From Vicugna vicugna (lineage: Eukaryota): a stretch of DNA of 64,000 nt. The stretch covers positions 1,016,917-1,080,916 of the forward strand of contig MU058418.1 of NCBI GenBank assembly GCA_013265495.1, given 5' to 3'. This document shows, in pieces, positions 1 to 11,657 of this stretch. The position numbers and the translations under genes are program-made. Numbering within the stretch: position 1 is the stretch's first letter; every line of letters begins with the position of its first letter. A model generated the notes under the pieces. It was not told the DNA's origin. It did no database searches and was given only the letters and a program-made list of their open reading frames with translations.

Positions 1-231
1 GTTGTATTCATGACTGCTTGCATTGTTATTTAAATGCAAATTACTGTGTTTGTTATCATCCAAGAGAAGATTTTATATTAACTTTCATACAATATAGCCA
101 GTTTACATGGAATCAGATATCTTAGAGTGACAATTGAACAGATATTGATATGCAAGATTTTGTCAAAAATCAATATTAAATCATGAAAAATACCTTCATA
201 CTAGAGGATTTATTCCATATTTTTATTCTAG

Positions 232-381
232 GCATGAATGGTGACAACACAGATTCCCAGAAGCTGAACAAGATCATATCTGAAATACAGGCTTTACAAG
301 AGGTGGTGGCTCGGTTTAGACAACTACGGTTAGATGCTACTGAATTTGCCTGTCTAAAATGCATCGTCACTTTCAAAGCTG
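232..381 (+). CDS. NR2E1: NR2E1 (TLX) internal coding exon, ligand-binding domain (third from last)
   Basis: Acceptor ttattctag| at 231/232 and donor G|gtaagc at 381/382. Encodes (G)MNGDNTDSQKLNKIISEIQALQEVVARFRQLRLDATEFACLKCIVTFKA, recognised as NR2E1 LBD. 150 bp, phase 1-1. Confidence 0.97.
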
Positions 382-637
382 GTAAGCAGACACAAACTGC
401 TGTCGCTTCTCCTTCCCTCGTTTTGCCACCTCACTAATTCAGCCACCTCCAAGTTCAGAATGACCCTTGCAAAAAGAGATGATGGTTTTCAAGGGAATTG
501 ATGCTCTTAGTCTGGCTCCATTTTTGATAGCCATGGGGACCTGCATGTTCTCCTTCTGCCCATCCACTTCCAGAGAGTGCTTTCCCCATCTACATTTCCT
601 GTGATGCCTATCATAGTTTCCTGGTCTTCATTTCTAG

Positions 638-743
638 TTCCTACACACAGTGGTTCTGAACTGAGAAGTTTCCGGAATGCTGCCGCCATCGCAGCTCTTC
701 AGGATGAGGCTCAGCTAACTCTCAACAGCTATATCCATACCAG
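638..743 (+). CDS. NR2E1: NR2E1 penultimate coding exon
   Basis: Acceptor tttctag| and donor AG|gtgacc. Encodes (V)PTHSGSELRSFRNAAAIAALQDEAQLTLNSYIHT(R), in frame with both neighbouring exons. Confidence 0.97.
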
Positions 744-1004
744 GTGACCCTTGTTTGCCTTGAGAGTGTACTTAAGAAAATTGCTTCCATTGTGAATATG
801 TGAGCAGGCAGTAAAGAGCAAGTTGAAACGTTGTGATTAATTATATTGTCTACAGCCAGTTAATTTAGTTAGAATCTATGTCCTCACCTATTTTGAAGGA
901 TGGGTGAGAGGAGCAAATCAAATTAGATTATCAAAGTGAAAGGGCTACTAGCCACCCAGCAGCTGTCCTGGATAAACAAGTTGATCAATCAAAATAGTTG
1001 AACA

Positions 1005-1130
1005 GGGGGAGGGTGTAGCTCAGTGGTAGAGTGCACGTTTAGCATGCACAAGATCCTGAGTTCTAATCCCCAGTACCTCCATTAAATAAACAAACAAACC
1101 TAATTACCTCCCCCACCAGAACAAGCCCCA
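1005..1130 (+). mobile_element. tRNA-derived SINE (camelid Vic-1-like) in the last NR2E1 intron
   Basis: Head ggggagggtgtagctcagtggtagag with Pol III A/B-box-like motifs and an A-rich tail. TSD caaaatagttgaaca (990-1004) / caaaataattgaaca (1131-1145). Confidence 0.9.
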
Positions 1131-2535
1131 CAAAATAATTGAACACATTTAGGTGAATGGACCCAGATATGGACAAGGTAAAAAATGAAGGTTAAAGTGT
1201 TATATAGGCTGATATATTAGAGAGAGGTCACATGATCCTCTAAAAAAGACAGGTGCCTTTTTTTGGATGCCGATCCCACAGAGAAGGACCAGAGAACTTC
1301 CTAAAGACGTTACCTTTAACCCCATCATAACTGCTGTCTGGCTTTGGTGACTGGTATCTTTTGAGCTGTTCTGGGTCATAGCATCCACCAGGTTACTTCT
1401 GGCCAAGCATGGCTCACTGACAGAGACTGTTCTTGGTTATTTATAGAAACTCTCAGTTACTGGGGTTCCAGCAGTGCTCCTCGTAACCCACCAAATGGAC
1501 AAATCCACCAAGAGGTGTAGACCTTCTGCTTCCATTTTCAGATGAAAAAAGCAAGGCTTTTAAAGAGCAGTGGAACCTACCAGGTGTTGATTTAGTCAAG
1601 ACTTTGCTGAGTACTCACTTTGTGCAGGGCTCCTGGTGAGCACTGTGGGACATGAGAAAGGACAAGACACTGCCTCTTATCATTGAGAAAGTAGGCAGAA
1701 GTGTTACTCCAACTCAGACCAGGGGAAAGAAAAAGCAAAGTGGGGAGTGAGAGAGATAAATTCTAGTTGGAAGGGCTGAGAAAAAAAATCTGGAAAGTCT
1801 GGTGGATACAGAAGAAGATATGTAAGCTGGTCCTTGAATGGTAGGGCTCCAGCAGGGTGGGGTGGCCAAAAGGAGCCAGAAGAGGGGCTGGTAGAGGTGC
1901 CTTGGGATGTGCCAGAGAGGAAAGTAAGGAGAGTCTGCGAGAGCTTAACATCCCAGGAGCTACTTCTAGGGCTACCTGAGAGAGTTAAACCACAAATTAA
2001 CAGAAGTCTATTTTAAAGAAACTACAAATGTACTACTTCTCCCTCACCCTCAAAACATGAGGTTATTCATGGAAGGAATACATTTGCTTTGACATGAACT
2101 TTTTATTTCATGATGTCAGTTACAGCTGTAATTTAGTATTAATATCTAGAGTCATACATGTGACAAAACTGACTATGCCTTACTTCTTAGCTCCTTCAAA
2201 TTAATGAACATTATTCTGTAGCACTTTACTGTCAAGAAAAATAATATCTGAAATTGAAATGAAAAGTTAACATTGTAAACTGAGCTAATTGTGCATTAAT
2301 TCTCAAAACTGCAAACCGAGCTAATTGTTACAGCGCTATAAGTGATTTCTCTATCTAGGACATCAGGAGAAGGCTAGAAATTGGCATTTCACACAAACTA
2401 CATCTTATAACCAAAGAGCACATACACGAATCTGTGACAAAACACTTACACCTGAAGAGAAAATTTTCTTATATATGCTGATGGATGAGTCAGGGGCATA
2501 GATATTCTACAAAATAATTTTGAGTAGTCAGAGAG

Positions 2536-2570
<35 letters not shown>

Positions 2571-2595
2571 GTCTCTCTCTCACACACACACACAC
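2536..2595. repeat. Compound (CT/CTGT)n-(CA)n microsatellite
   Basis: Directly visible. Confidence 0.95.
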
Positions 2596-4159
2596 TGTTA
2601 TGTTTCTGAGTAGTACAATACTCCACATATAATAAACAATTTGCATTGACTGACTAACCAGCCCCTTCCTAACTAGAGAATGAAAGAATTGGGTGAGTAG
2701 GGGAGTAGATAATCTACTCACAGAAAATAAAGAGTTAATTATCTATGAAGTCTCCAAAATCCACCCTTTCTGAAAGTAACTATTTCCCACGGTGAGAAAT
2801 TTCAGCATGCTGGGTGGGTGCTGCAGACATGGTGGGGGCTTGTGTGCCACTGCTTCCCACCCACTGCAGGGAGCTTCTCTGCCTGCCTTGGGAGGGAAAC
2901 AGAGCTATTGAAGAGTGTAGGTAGCCAAGGCAAAAGGGAGACATGAGCCATGGGATTGCTTTCCAAGAAACATAGGAGATGCTTTCAGCAGGGAGAGCAA
3001 GTGGTGGGATTTAAGTATTTTTTAAAGTGTAGAGGATCTCCACCATGTCCATACCACATTATTAAATTTGGCCTGGTGGTCCCTGTCCATGGGTGGTCGT
3101 GAAGCTGGGTAGTGAAAGAGCCAAATGAGGTCTTCAGAGGCCCAGAATGAATTATCAACTTAGTATCAGGTTGAAGAGATGGACTCTCTTGTGCCCAGAG
3201 CTAAGAGACAAGTATGAAAGTTGCTCCCCTCGACTCTATTGGGCAGTTAAACTCAATGTTCGGCTAACTCAGTGTTCTTAATTCCTGTGTAGGAATTTGT
3301 ATATCTGTCAGTTTCTAGAACCTATGGCCATGGGTTGAACCTGGCTGAGTTACAGACAAGTGTCCCCGAAGCTCAGTGTTTCGGGTGGTTTGTGTCACTG
3401 GAAAGAGCCCTCCTGGTGGACTGTATTGATACCTGTTCCAAGCTGTTGATTGAAGAAGCATCAGGGCTGCAGTGAGGACGTCACTTATATGCATTGAAAG
3501 GCAGCAGAAAATTGAGTTTGCACATCTGAGCACAGATGTATGTTGGACATTAAGAGGGGAAATTGTTCAGCAATTTCTCACATCTTTAATTATATGCCAA
3601 TTTCATTGACATGAAAGTTGGGTGGCACTGCCACCCAACAGAACTTAATCTTTAATTTGCAGCGTAATAAGGGTGGAATTATTCCTGAGAGTGACTAAGT
3701 ATAGTGGTTGAATAATAATTTGGAGAATTGCTTAGAAAAAGAATCCATTTTATTTGAGAGAAATAGTCTGGTGAGAATCAGAAAATGTGGATATTGTTAC
3801 TAGTTTTATCATCGATACCATTGACTGGTTTCTACACTGGCAACCTTAAGTTTATTATTTGGCTTAAACTTAGTACCATGCTTCTTAAAATTATTTTTTC
3901 TCCAAACAATATGCAACCCCTTTGCTATGTAGAGAGAGTCACCGTGCTTTTGGCAGCATTGTTATGGCCTCCATGCCTCGATTATTCCATCTGTGAAACA
4001 GGGACAGTAGTGCCTGGTTAGGACTCTGTTGCAGGGATAGTATGTTGTTAAACAGGCCTGATCAGGAAATCATGCTGAAGATGGTGTGTGTTCAAGAGTG
4101 AGATATTAAGCCTGTTAGTAATGGATCTTACCTTGCTTTCATGGCCTCTCCTGTTCCAG

Positions 4160-4322
4160 ATATCCCACTCAACCCTGTCGCTTTGGAAAACTCCTGTTAC
4201 TTTTGCCAGCTTTACGTTCCATTAGTCCATCAACCATAGAAGAAGTGTTTTTCAAAAAAACCATTGGCAACGTACCAATTACAAGACTGCTTTCAGATAT
4301 GTACAAATCCAGTGATATCTAA
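4160..4322 (+). CDS. NR2E1: NR2E1 last coding exon (LBD C-terminus, AF-2 region), stop TAA 4320-4322
   Basis: Acceptor ctgttccag|. Encodes (R)YPTQPCRFGKLLLLLPALRSISPSTIEEVFFKKTIGNVPITRLLSDMYKSSDI*, the NR2E1 C-terminus. Confidence 0.98.
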
Positions 4323-4898
4323 GCTCTTCAAGTCCCCACTTTCCAAGATGGGACAGTATCTGATGAACTTCTACCCTTGGAGAACAAGTCTCAACTAACA
4401 AACCCTTCAGGAAGCATAAACCTGGAAATGTGTAGCCTTCAAGAAAAAAATGTCAATGGACACAAAACAGTTCCAGTAGCTTTGACCTGCTGCCTCACCC
4501 AGGATAGGGTGGCCCAGGAGGGAAGGGAGTGTGACAGGATGGCCTGAGCAGGAACTCACTGCTGCCATGCCCTGGGAAGAGGGCCGAACTGGGGGTTGCC
4601 AGAGGCCATGCCATTCTGCCTCTTACCTGGAAGATTGGGCTGAAATATCAAAAGCTGAATTGCAGGTAGAACTTTCTTTTCCCTTTTAGCATATAAAGTT
4701 GGGTACTGAATATAGCTCAGTGTATAACATCATACAGCAGCCTTCAGAACAACTATCTTATGTTGGAGAATTTATTTTAAAAATAATGGTTAGGTTTTAA
4801 ATCAAAAGTTTTATCAAAATTTCCTCTTCTATTGTACTACATCATGAAGTGGCCTTCAGAACTGAGTTAATAAATGAAAGGTAGTTTATGCTGTGAGA

Positions 4899-5002
4899 TT
4901 TTCTTTTTCTCTGTCTTCTTCCTTTCTCTTTCTTTCCTCCTCCTCCTCCTTCTCTTCCTCCTCTTCTTCTTCCTCCTCCTCCCCTTGTCCTTCTTCTTCT
5001 TT
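4899..5002 (+). repeat. Polypyrimidine (CCT/CTT)n low-complexity tract in NR2E1 3'UTR
   Basis: ~100 nt almost entirely C/T. Confidence 0.9.
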
Positions 5003-5212
5003 ATACCATAGGCCAAGCAACCTTGTCAAAGGAATTGGTGGACGAAAATGAGATTCTCACCAGGACTTCAGGTTGGATAACATCTCAAAAACAAAAGAGC
5101 TTTACTAAAAGAACACAAGTTGAGGGAGGAAGAATAAAAACAGCAAAACCAAATAAAGTGGAGATGAATGATGGAGTGAGGGAGACTGCTGTCCCATTAA
5201 CATAGTGCTGAA

Positions 5213-5219
5213 ACCAAAG
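5213..5219 (+). promoter_or_regulatory. miR-9 seed match (7mer-m8, ACCAAAG) in NR2E1 3'UTR
   Basis: ACCAAAG is complementary to the miR-9-5p seed. miR-9 repression of TLX is established; that this is the functional site is inference. Confidence 0.6.
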
Positions 5220-5651
5220 GCAATGGGGATGCAAACTCGTGTTTCAGCAAGTCACACCAGACAGTAAATGAACAAAGACGTGAGGCCAGAAGGAACTTCA
5301 AGGAGATGAACGCCAAAAGGCTTCTTCATTCATTGCTAACAGCCTGAGACTCTTCAATACCTTTCAGAAAACTGGTTTCTAGTAAAGCTTTGTACGCCTG
5401 CATGTGTGCACACATACACTTCGTCCTACACTATAAGCTGCTCCTTTGGTATGAATTTCTACTTACGGAAATGTAGAAACAAACATTTAAAAATAGCTGC
5501 TGTACTTTTCACATTTTGATTTATTAGATACTAGCACTGAGGGAAAATATTCAACACTTGGACTATCATAGGATGAGTAAAACTTTTCTTGTACAAAGTG
5601 AATTAACTTGATTTGTGAAGTTAAAATGTTGTACTCATTGTATTTACAAAG

Positions 5652-5657
5652 AATAAA
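5652..5657 (+). terminator. Probable main polyadenylation signal of NR2E1
   Basis: AATAAA preceded by TGTA motifs and U-rich sequence, ~1.33 kb after the stop. Confidence 0.7.
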
Positions 5658-6339
5658 AAGTATATTGAATTTAAATGAACTCTGCCTAATTTCTTAGCCT
5701 CCCTCCCTGGCTGGTTCTCATCCACCAGATACAAGGTGGCGGCCGCAGCTGGTGTAAAAACTGAAGTTTGGAGCACTGCAGCCTGAAGAACTGAACCACA
5801 AAGGCAATTTCCTTTTTACAGTGAATCCCATTTGTAAAGTGATGAATAAAGAAATAAAACATAAGATTCCATTCTCTGCAGCTCTCAAATGTAATTGCAT
5901 CTGTTAGAAAAATTGCTGTGTGAGGAAGAAAGAGGCCGATTAACAGAGTCTTCATTCACTCACTCCTCTGTTTCTAATTCTCTTGCCAACATTTCAGTCC
6001 TGACCAGGAACTTGAAATTATTTAATGATCAAAAAAATAAAGTGTGGAGAACCATTTTGGTGAGTAAGATGTGGAAGGAGCAGTAGAAAGTGCATTCAAA
6101 TGTTCTCAGAGAATCTCAGGGCACTGGTTCCACAGCCAGAGGCTAGTGATGGAAATCAGAGGTGCCCAAGGCCATGGGCTCCATGGGCTCCTTCTGGGCA
6201 GCATCTCCAGCAGGAGTCTAGGGCAGAGGCACTAGCAGCTCTTGGCTAAAATGACCTTGCACAGAGCATGTGTGCAAAATCAATGTCATCCACTGCTTGT
6301 CTGCTGATTCTACCAAGAAGTTCATCTTAAAGGAAAAGG

Positions 6340-6780
6340 TACTCGAAGATGTGTACAAGAATGTTCCTTGCAACACTGTTCATATTTAACAACCAAAATG
6401 TCCACCAGTGGAGAATAGATATATTGTGGTAAGTATAGACAGTCTTACAATAGTTAAAGTGAATGGACTAGGGCTGATGTATCAACATAGGTGAATCTGA
6501 AATACAGTGTTAGGCAAGGGTAGGAAGTGAATCCCAGAGCGTAGATACAGCTTGGTATTTATATAAAGTTTTGTAACCTGCAGAACAATACTTGATCATG
6601 TTGATAGATACATAAATGTATAGCAAATGTTTAAAACAAATAAAAGTATGGTAAACACTAGCTGTATGATAGTGATTACCTTTGGGAATGGCTGGGATTG
6701 GTGAAGAGTACCAAGAAGACCCTCAAACATTTCTGAAATAATTTAGTTTGTAAGACAAAAGAGAATTGGAAACAAATATG
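6340..6780 (+). mobile_element. Old L1 (L1ME-like) 3' fragment
   Basis: Degenerate L1 3' motifs (aatgttccttgcaacactgtt...aaaatgtcca...atattgtggta). Boundaries approximate. Confidence 0.5.
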
Positions 6781-6835
6781 AGATCTATGACAAGATTTGG
6801 TAAAGATGAGCAATGGATCCAAGGCTGTGCAACCA

Positions 6836-7200
6836 TGTATTAGTCAAGCTTTGCTTCAATAATGCTGAATAACAACTCCCAAGGTTCCAGCAACAAACTA
6901 TATTTCTTGCTCACTGCACTGCCGGTCCCAGGAGGCTCACCTGGTCTGGGCTCCTCATTGCAGTTTGGGTTTAAGCGGACTCCAATTCCAGACTAGCAGC
7001 TTCCCTAAAGCAACTTTGCATGCAGAGTACAGAAGTACAAGGGGCTGAGCCAGACCATGCAAACACACTTAAAGCTGCAGCTCTCTTCACATGTATTCAC
7101 TTTCTACACATGGCCAAACTCAACCTCAAGGGAGAAGGAGAGTCATACTCTTTGCATGGAGGAGGGGGAAATCACTGACCTATAATAAAATCTATCACAG
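6836..7200. mobile_element. MaLR (MLT1-like) LTR relic
   Basis: Begins tgtattagtca...aacaac and has tatttcttgctcac and catggccaaactcaa motifs typical of old MLT1. Confidence 0.5.
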
Positions 7201-7859
7201 TCATAATCTACTTTAATCTATTTAAAATATTCTCAGTAAAGTTAAAAGGGAGTAAATTTCCTGTAACATGCCACAAAATACTGACTCCTACTTGAATTGC
7301 CATTGTCGGGGGCATCTACCATTACAAAGAAGAATCAAACCTGGCTTTTAACACTTGAAAAAAACCAGAATTAAAAACCCAATAGCAGTCTCTTCTGGAA
7401 TTTTGAGATCTCTGCTCTGTACAGCCTGGATACTTTAAGAATCTCCTTGCTTGCGTGGATTTTAAGGCAGACACCCTCTATGGCTGGTGTTGTGGGGGAG
7501 GTGCCACAGTAGTCTTTGAATATACAAATTCCAGATATAAAATTTCAATATATGCAATTTGAATATGCAAACAAGAGAAGATGAACCCAGCCAAGTGATT
7601 ACTGCAGTTGAAAACCAGTCTTCAGTGATTCTCCTATGACAAATGTTTTTTTCTAAATCTAGATGGGTCAGTTTTCAAAAGCAGGACATATAATCACAGT
7701 ATTCTAATACATTCTTCAGTGAACAATATTTACATTGCTATAGTGATGCAAACACTAATTATTGGTATAATTAAAAGCATGATAAAATTTGGGGGAGAGA
7801 ATGAGGAAGGAGAGGTGGAGGTACTAAATCTTCACCTCATAATATTTATGAATTTTAGA

Positions 7860-8430
7860 ATTGCTTTTTTTCTTTTTATTGTATTTATATGAGTTGATAG
7901 ATGTTAACTAAACCTATTGTGGTAATTATTTCACAATATATGTAAATCAAACCATTGTATTGTGTTGTGCAACTTATATAGTGATGTATGTCAATTATTT
8001 CTCAATAAAACTAGCAGGGAAACAAATAAGATAGAGAACAGGAAAGAAAAGGAAGCCCTCAAGTTTTCGGCAAGTTGTTTGTATATGCGTGGCTCTCCTG
8101 GTGGTACATGTGACTCTACCTTATTTGCTTTACCATCTACCTAGTACTCCATTTTATGGGTGGACTACAGTTTACCCAATAAATTCCTTATTGGTGGACT
8201 TGGGCTACTTGCAGTTTTTCACTATAATAAATTAAACAACAAAGAACCATCCTTCTATTTACACTTCTGTGGACTTGTGGGGGTGTTTCTGTAGGATAAA
8301 TTCTTAGAAGTGGCATTTCTGGGTCAAAAATTATATGCATTTTTAATTTTGATACATACAACCAAATGGCTCTCCAAAAGGGTTGTATCAATTTGCACTC
8401 CTGCCAAGAGGGTATGAGAGAGCCCATTTC
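7860..8430. mobile_element. L1 fragments: + strand L1 3' end (~7880-8010) and - strand L1M ORF2 C-terminal relic (~8150-8430)
   Basis: gatgttaactaaacctattgtggtaattatttcacaatatatg...tcaataaa is an L1 3' terminus. ORF 8188..8427(-) (ECKLIQPFWRAIW...FDPEMPLLRIYP) resembles the L1 ORF2 C-terminus. Confidence 0.75.
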
Positions 8431-11304
8431 ATTGCTCAGAATTTAAAAGGGCTTAATCAGACACATGCTTGATGAACACTTCAGAAGCTGTTAGAAAAAT
8501 ACAGAGAATACATATGTTTCAATTATGAATATGCTTTTGCTTGCAGTGCTTACTGGACTGGTATAGTAGGTCGCACTTTGCACCCATGATTAGAACTTGG
8601 TTCCCCAAATTTTTCAATCCAGGCCACTTCTGTGAACTTTTGAGAGACCTCCATCATGACATGGGTGGATAAGTGAAAATATAGAAGGTGCTTAGCAGAC
8701 ACTCTGCTAAGAAGCTGCTCTAGGAATCTGAAGCCATTTATTTTACAATCACATTTTGTATAGTCGCTTATGGAAACTGAAGAATAATCACTCTAACTGA
8801 AGGAGAGCCCCAGTACCTTTATCACAAATGACATATGGCTTATTTTTAATGTAATCTATATTTTAAATTATGTTTTTAGATTTTTGAAGCTCATTTTGGA
8901 ACATGAAGTGGCTTTTTATCCCTCCAAATATTGCTGATCTGCATATAGACCATTAGAGAGGGTTGTCAGAGCTTTCAATCACTGCTGAGCTGGGCTCATC
9001 AGCAATGTGCAGAGAGCAGTCTCTCTGATGAAGAAACCAGGACATTGCCACATAGCCTGGGCAGCTTTCTGAAGTACCAAAATGTTGCAGTGCTCTGCTG
9101 GAAAACTGTGAGTAGGGTCAAGTTCTGAGGAGGCCAAGATCATAGGTTTGATCCTCAGGGAAGCCAGGTGGCTTTATTCTGTCTGTGTTCCTAGTATCTC
9201 TAATGTCCATCAGTGGACAGGACACTGAGCAAGTGGCAGTGGAGGCCTGGGCTCTGCTGGAGAACAGCACCCAGCTCCTGTCCCACCAAGTGTCATCTAG
9301 GGCATCTTCTTTGTGCTGGCCTAGCCACCAACCTAGTGGAAGGAGTGCTGGCCAAGGTGAAGAGGCTGGGGTTCTAGTTATGATTAATGTCAGTTAACCT
9401 TTCTGCACCTCAATGTTTTCATCTGTGCAAAGGAGCAGGAGCCTTAGTGGTGTCTAATTTCCTTTCTGTTTTCACCATTCCCATCATTCTCATCATTATC
9501 TTTAGGTGGAGCCAGGAGACCACCAGAAGAAATTCTTCTTGGTGGCAAGAGCTAATTAGATTGATCGAATTTCCACACATGCTCAACTTGGAATACTTGC
9601 CCCTCCAAATACTTTCAATTAGACAAGTCGTTCTCAATCTTGGCTGCACACAGAATTACTTGGGGAGATTTCAAAATGCTCGGTGCCCAAGCTGCATCCA
9701 CACCAGAGCAATTACATCAGAATCTCTGAGGCAGGTCCCAGGCATCTGTATTTGATAGCTCCCTGATTATTCCAGTGTGGCTGTGTAGCTGAGGATGAGA
9801 GACAATGACATGGCCTTTGGTCGGGAGCCCTGGGACAGGGGTCATGTTCAGGCTTCAGGGTCATCTGGGCCTCTCATCCCTCGTGCCTGGTTGCTCTCCC
9901 CCTACTCACTGGTGACCTTTAAAAAAGTTAATTCTTTCCCCTCTCTCCCTCCTCTGGCCTGTCATTGAACTCACCCAACTGATTGTGGCGCTTATGATTG
10001 AGAACCTCTTCTGACCGCTTCCCTTTCCCCAGAAATTAACGTGATCATTAAGGCTTATAATTTCACTCACCAGTGCTATCAATCAAGGGACTGCGATACA
10101 GAGTTAAGAGTGCTTTTGTAATTGGCAGCAGCCTGTGATTCGGAGCAAAGCATCCAGAGGCTGTGGGGAGGCTGGAGGAGGGGAGAGCTGGTGTGCAGGG
10201 AAGGGCTGTGCCCTCTTGAACTGACTCCTCCAGCTCTTTGTGGTTGGCTCCCACAGGGGCCAGCCAACATCCAGCGTCATCGGCCCTGAATGCCAAGGGG
10301 AGGAAGCCAGTTCTTGCCAGCAGTGCTTCAGGCTACCCCTTACCCACTCTAAGCTCTGCAGTGGAAAGAAGGTCTCTTTAGGTGCTGAAGAGAGGAATAG
10401 GAAAGATCAGTGGATTCTTTATACACTGGGCAACTTGAGTCTTGTAGGGGGGGGGGCAGGGGGTCCAGATTATCTGTAGATCAGAAGTAAGGTTAAGGCT
10501 GTCAGGCCCAAGGGAGTGACACATTCTTCCCTAAACTGCTTGTTTCAGGAGACCTTGGAACCCCATAAACAGCAGTTGAGCCTACAGTAATGCACAGTCT
10601 GTGCCCTCTCTGGCATGCAGGAAGCTGAGTGGTCCTGGGACTACAGCTGTTTTCCCTCCTGAGGGGGTTGGGCTGGCTGATTCAGTTTCTAACACATATA
10701 GTGCCTAGTGGAATATCACACATACATGGTAGGTGGATTATGGTCCAGAGGTGAAGAGGTAGTTATTTTTATTTCAAATAAAACATTATAACAACATTAA
10801 AAATGACTTTCTTTTATTAGATAATAATATAGAAAAATCTGGAGGTGAAAAATTATCTATAATTCCACCTCCCTAACACAGCTATTTTTATGTTTGCCTA
10901 TTTTTTCTACTTCTTACACATGTACCTATATATTTTAACATAGTTGTAATCATAATGGATGTATTTTCCATTCTTATGCTACTCTTACTATCACTAGCAT
11001 TTTTTATTAGCATCTATGAAGCCTCAGAATTCTATTTGGTGTTTGCATAATAATTCTGATACTTGATGTGTGCCATAATTTCCCTCTCATTTACTGTTTT
11101 AGACAATCATTAACAAAAATTTTGACTAAATTCATGTTATATGGAATGGCATGCATAACACCTACTGATGGAGAATGTTAAAATGTAGTTTGCAGGTTCC
11201 CACCTCCTGAGGTTGGGATTCAGCAAGTGTGAATTGTGGCCTGGGCATCTACATTCATCTACATTCTACAATCCAGATGCAGGTGGTCCCGGCTCCATAG
11301 GTTT

Positions 11305-11657
11305 AGGCTGGTGAGTGACATCTCCAAAGTCACACAGTTGCTTTGAACCCAGAGCTCAGGCTCTTTGCCCAGCTTCCACAACTGAAGTTTGCAGTCTACA
11401 TAAAAAACCAATCCCCTGCTTCTCAATATGGAATGTGTCTACTGAGTTAGTGCCTTTATTAGGAGCTTACTTTTCTCCTCACTCTATCTCACTGAGGAAG
11501 AAAGATCTCTGTGGGCTCTCATCTCCCAGCGCTTCTTTCCAGTGCTGCCCTCTCAGCAGTACTGGGTCCCCAAGACTTAATGTACCTGAGTGTTTCAAAG
11601 AAGGGAGGAGAGTCTGGCCAGTGGAGTCACATTTCTGCACAAGGAGTAGAGATCAAG
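11305..11657 (+). repeat. Copy 1 of a 353-bp dispersed direct duplication
   Basis: Aligns without gaps to 14516-14868 (offset 3211); 13 mismatches counted by eye. Confidence 0.95.

Larger units (their letters stand above)
4323..5675 (+). other. NR2E1: NR2E1 3'UTR (end approximate)
   Basis: Follows the stop codon. AU-rich distal part with AATAAA at 5652-5657. Confidence 0.8.

Noticed and set aside
183..437. 84-aa ORF as a standalone gene
   Set aside because: It is an NR2E1 exon plus flanking intron read-through.
1005..1080. tRNA-Ala-like sequences as tRNA genes (also 36986, 46551, 48747)
   Set aside because: Diverged, with A-rich tails and TSDs, so they are SINE heads.
9110..9170. Ancient tRNA-like SINE fragment
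   Set aside because: Too short and degenerate to assign.
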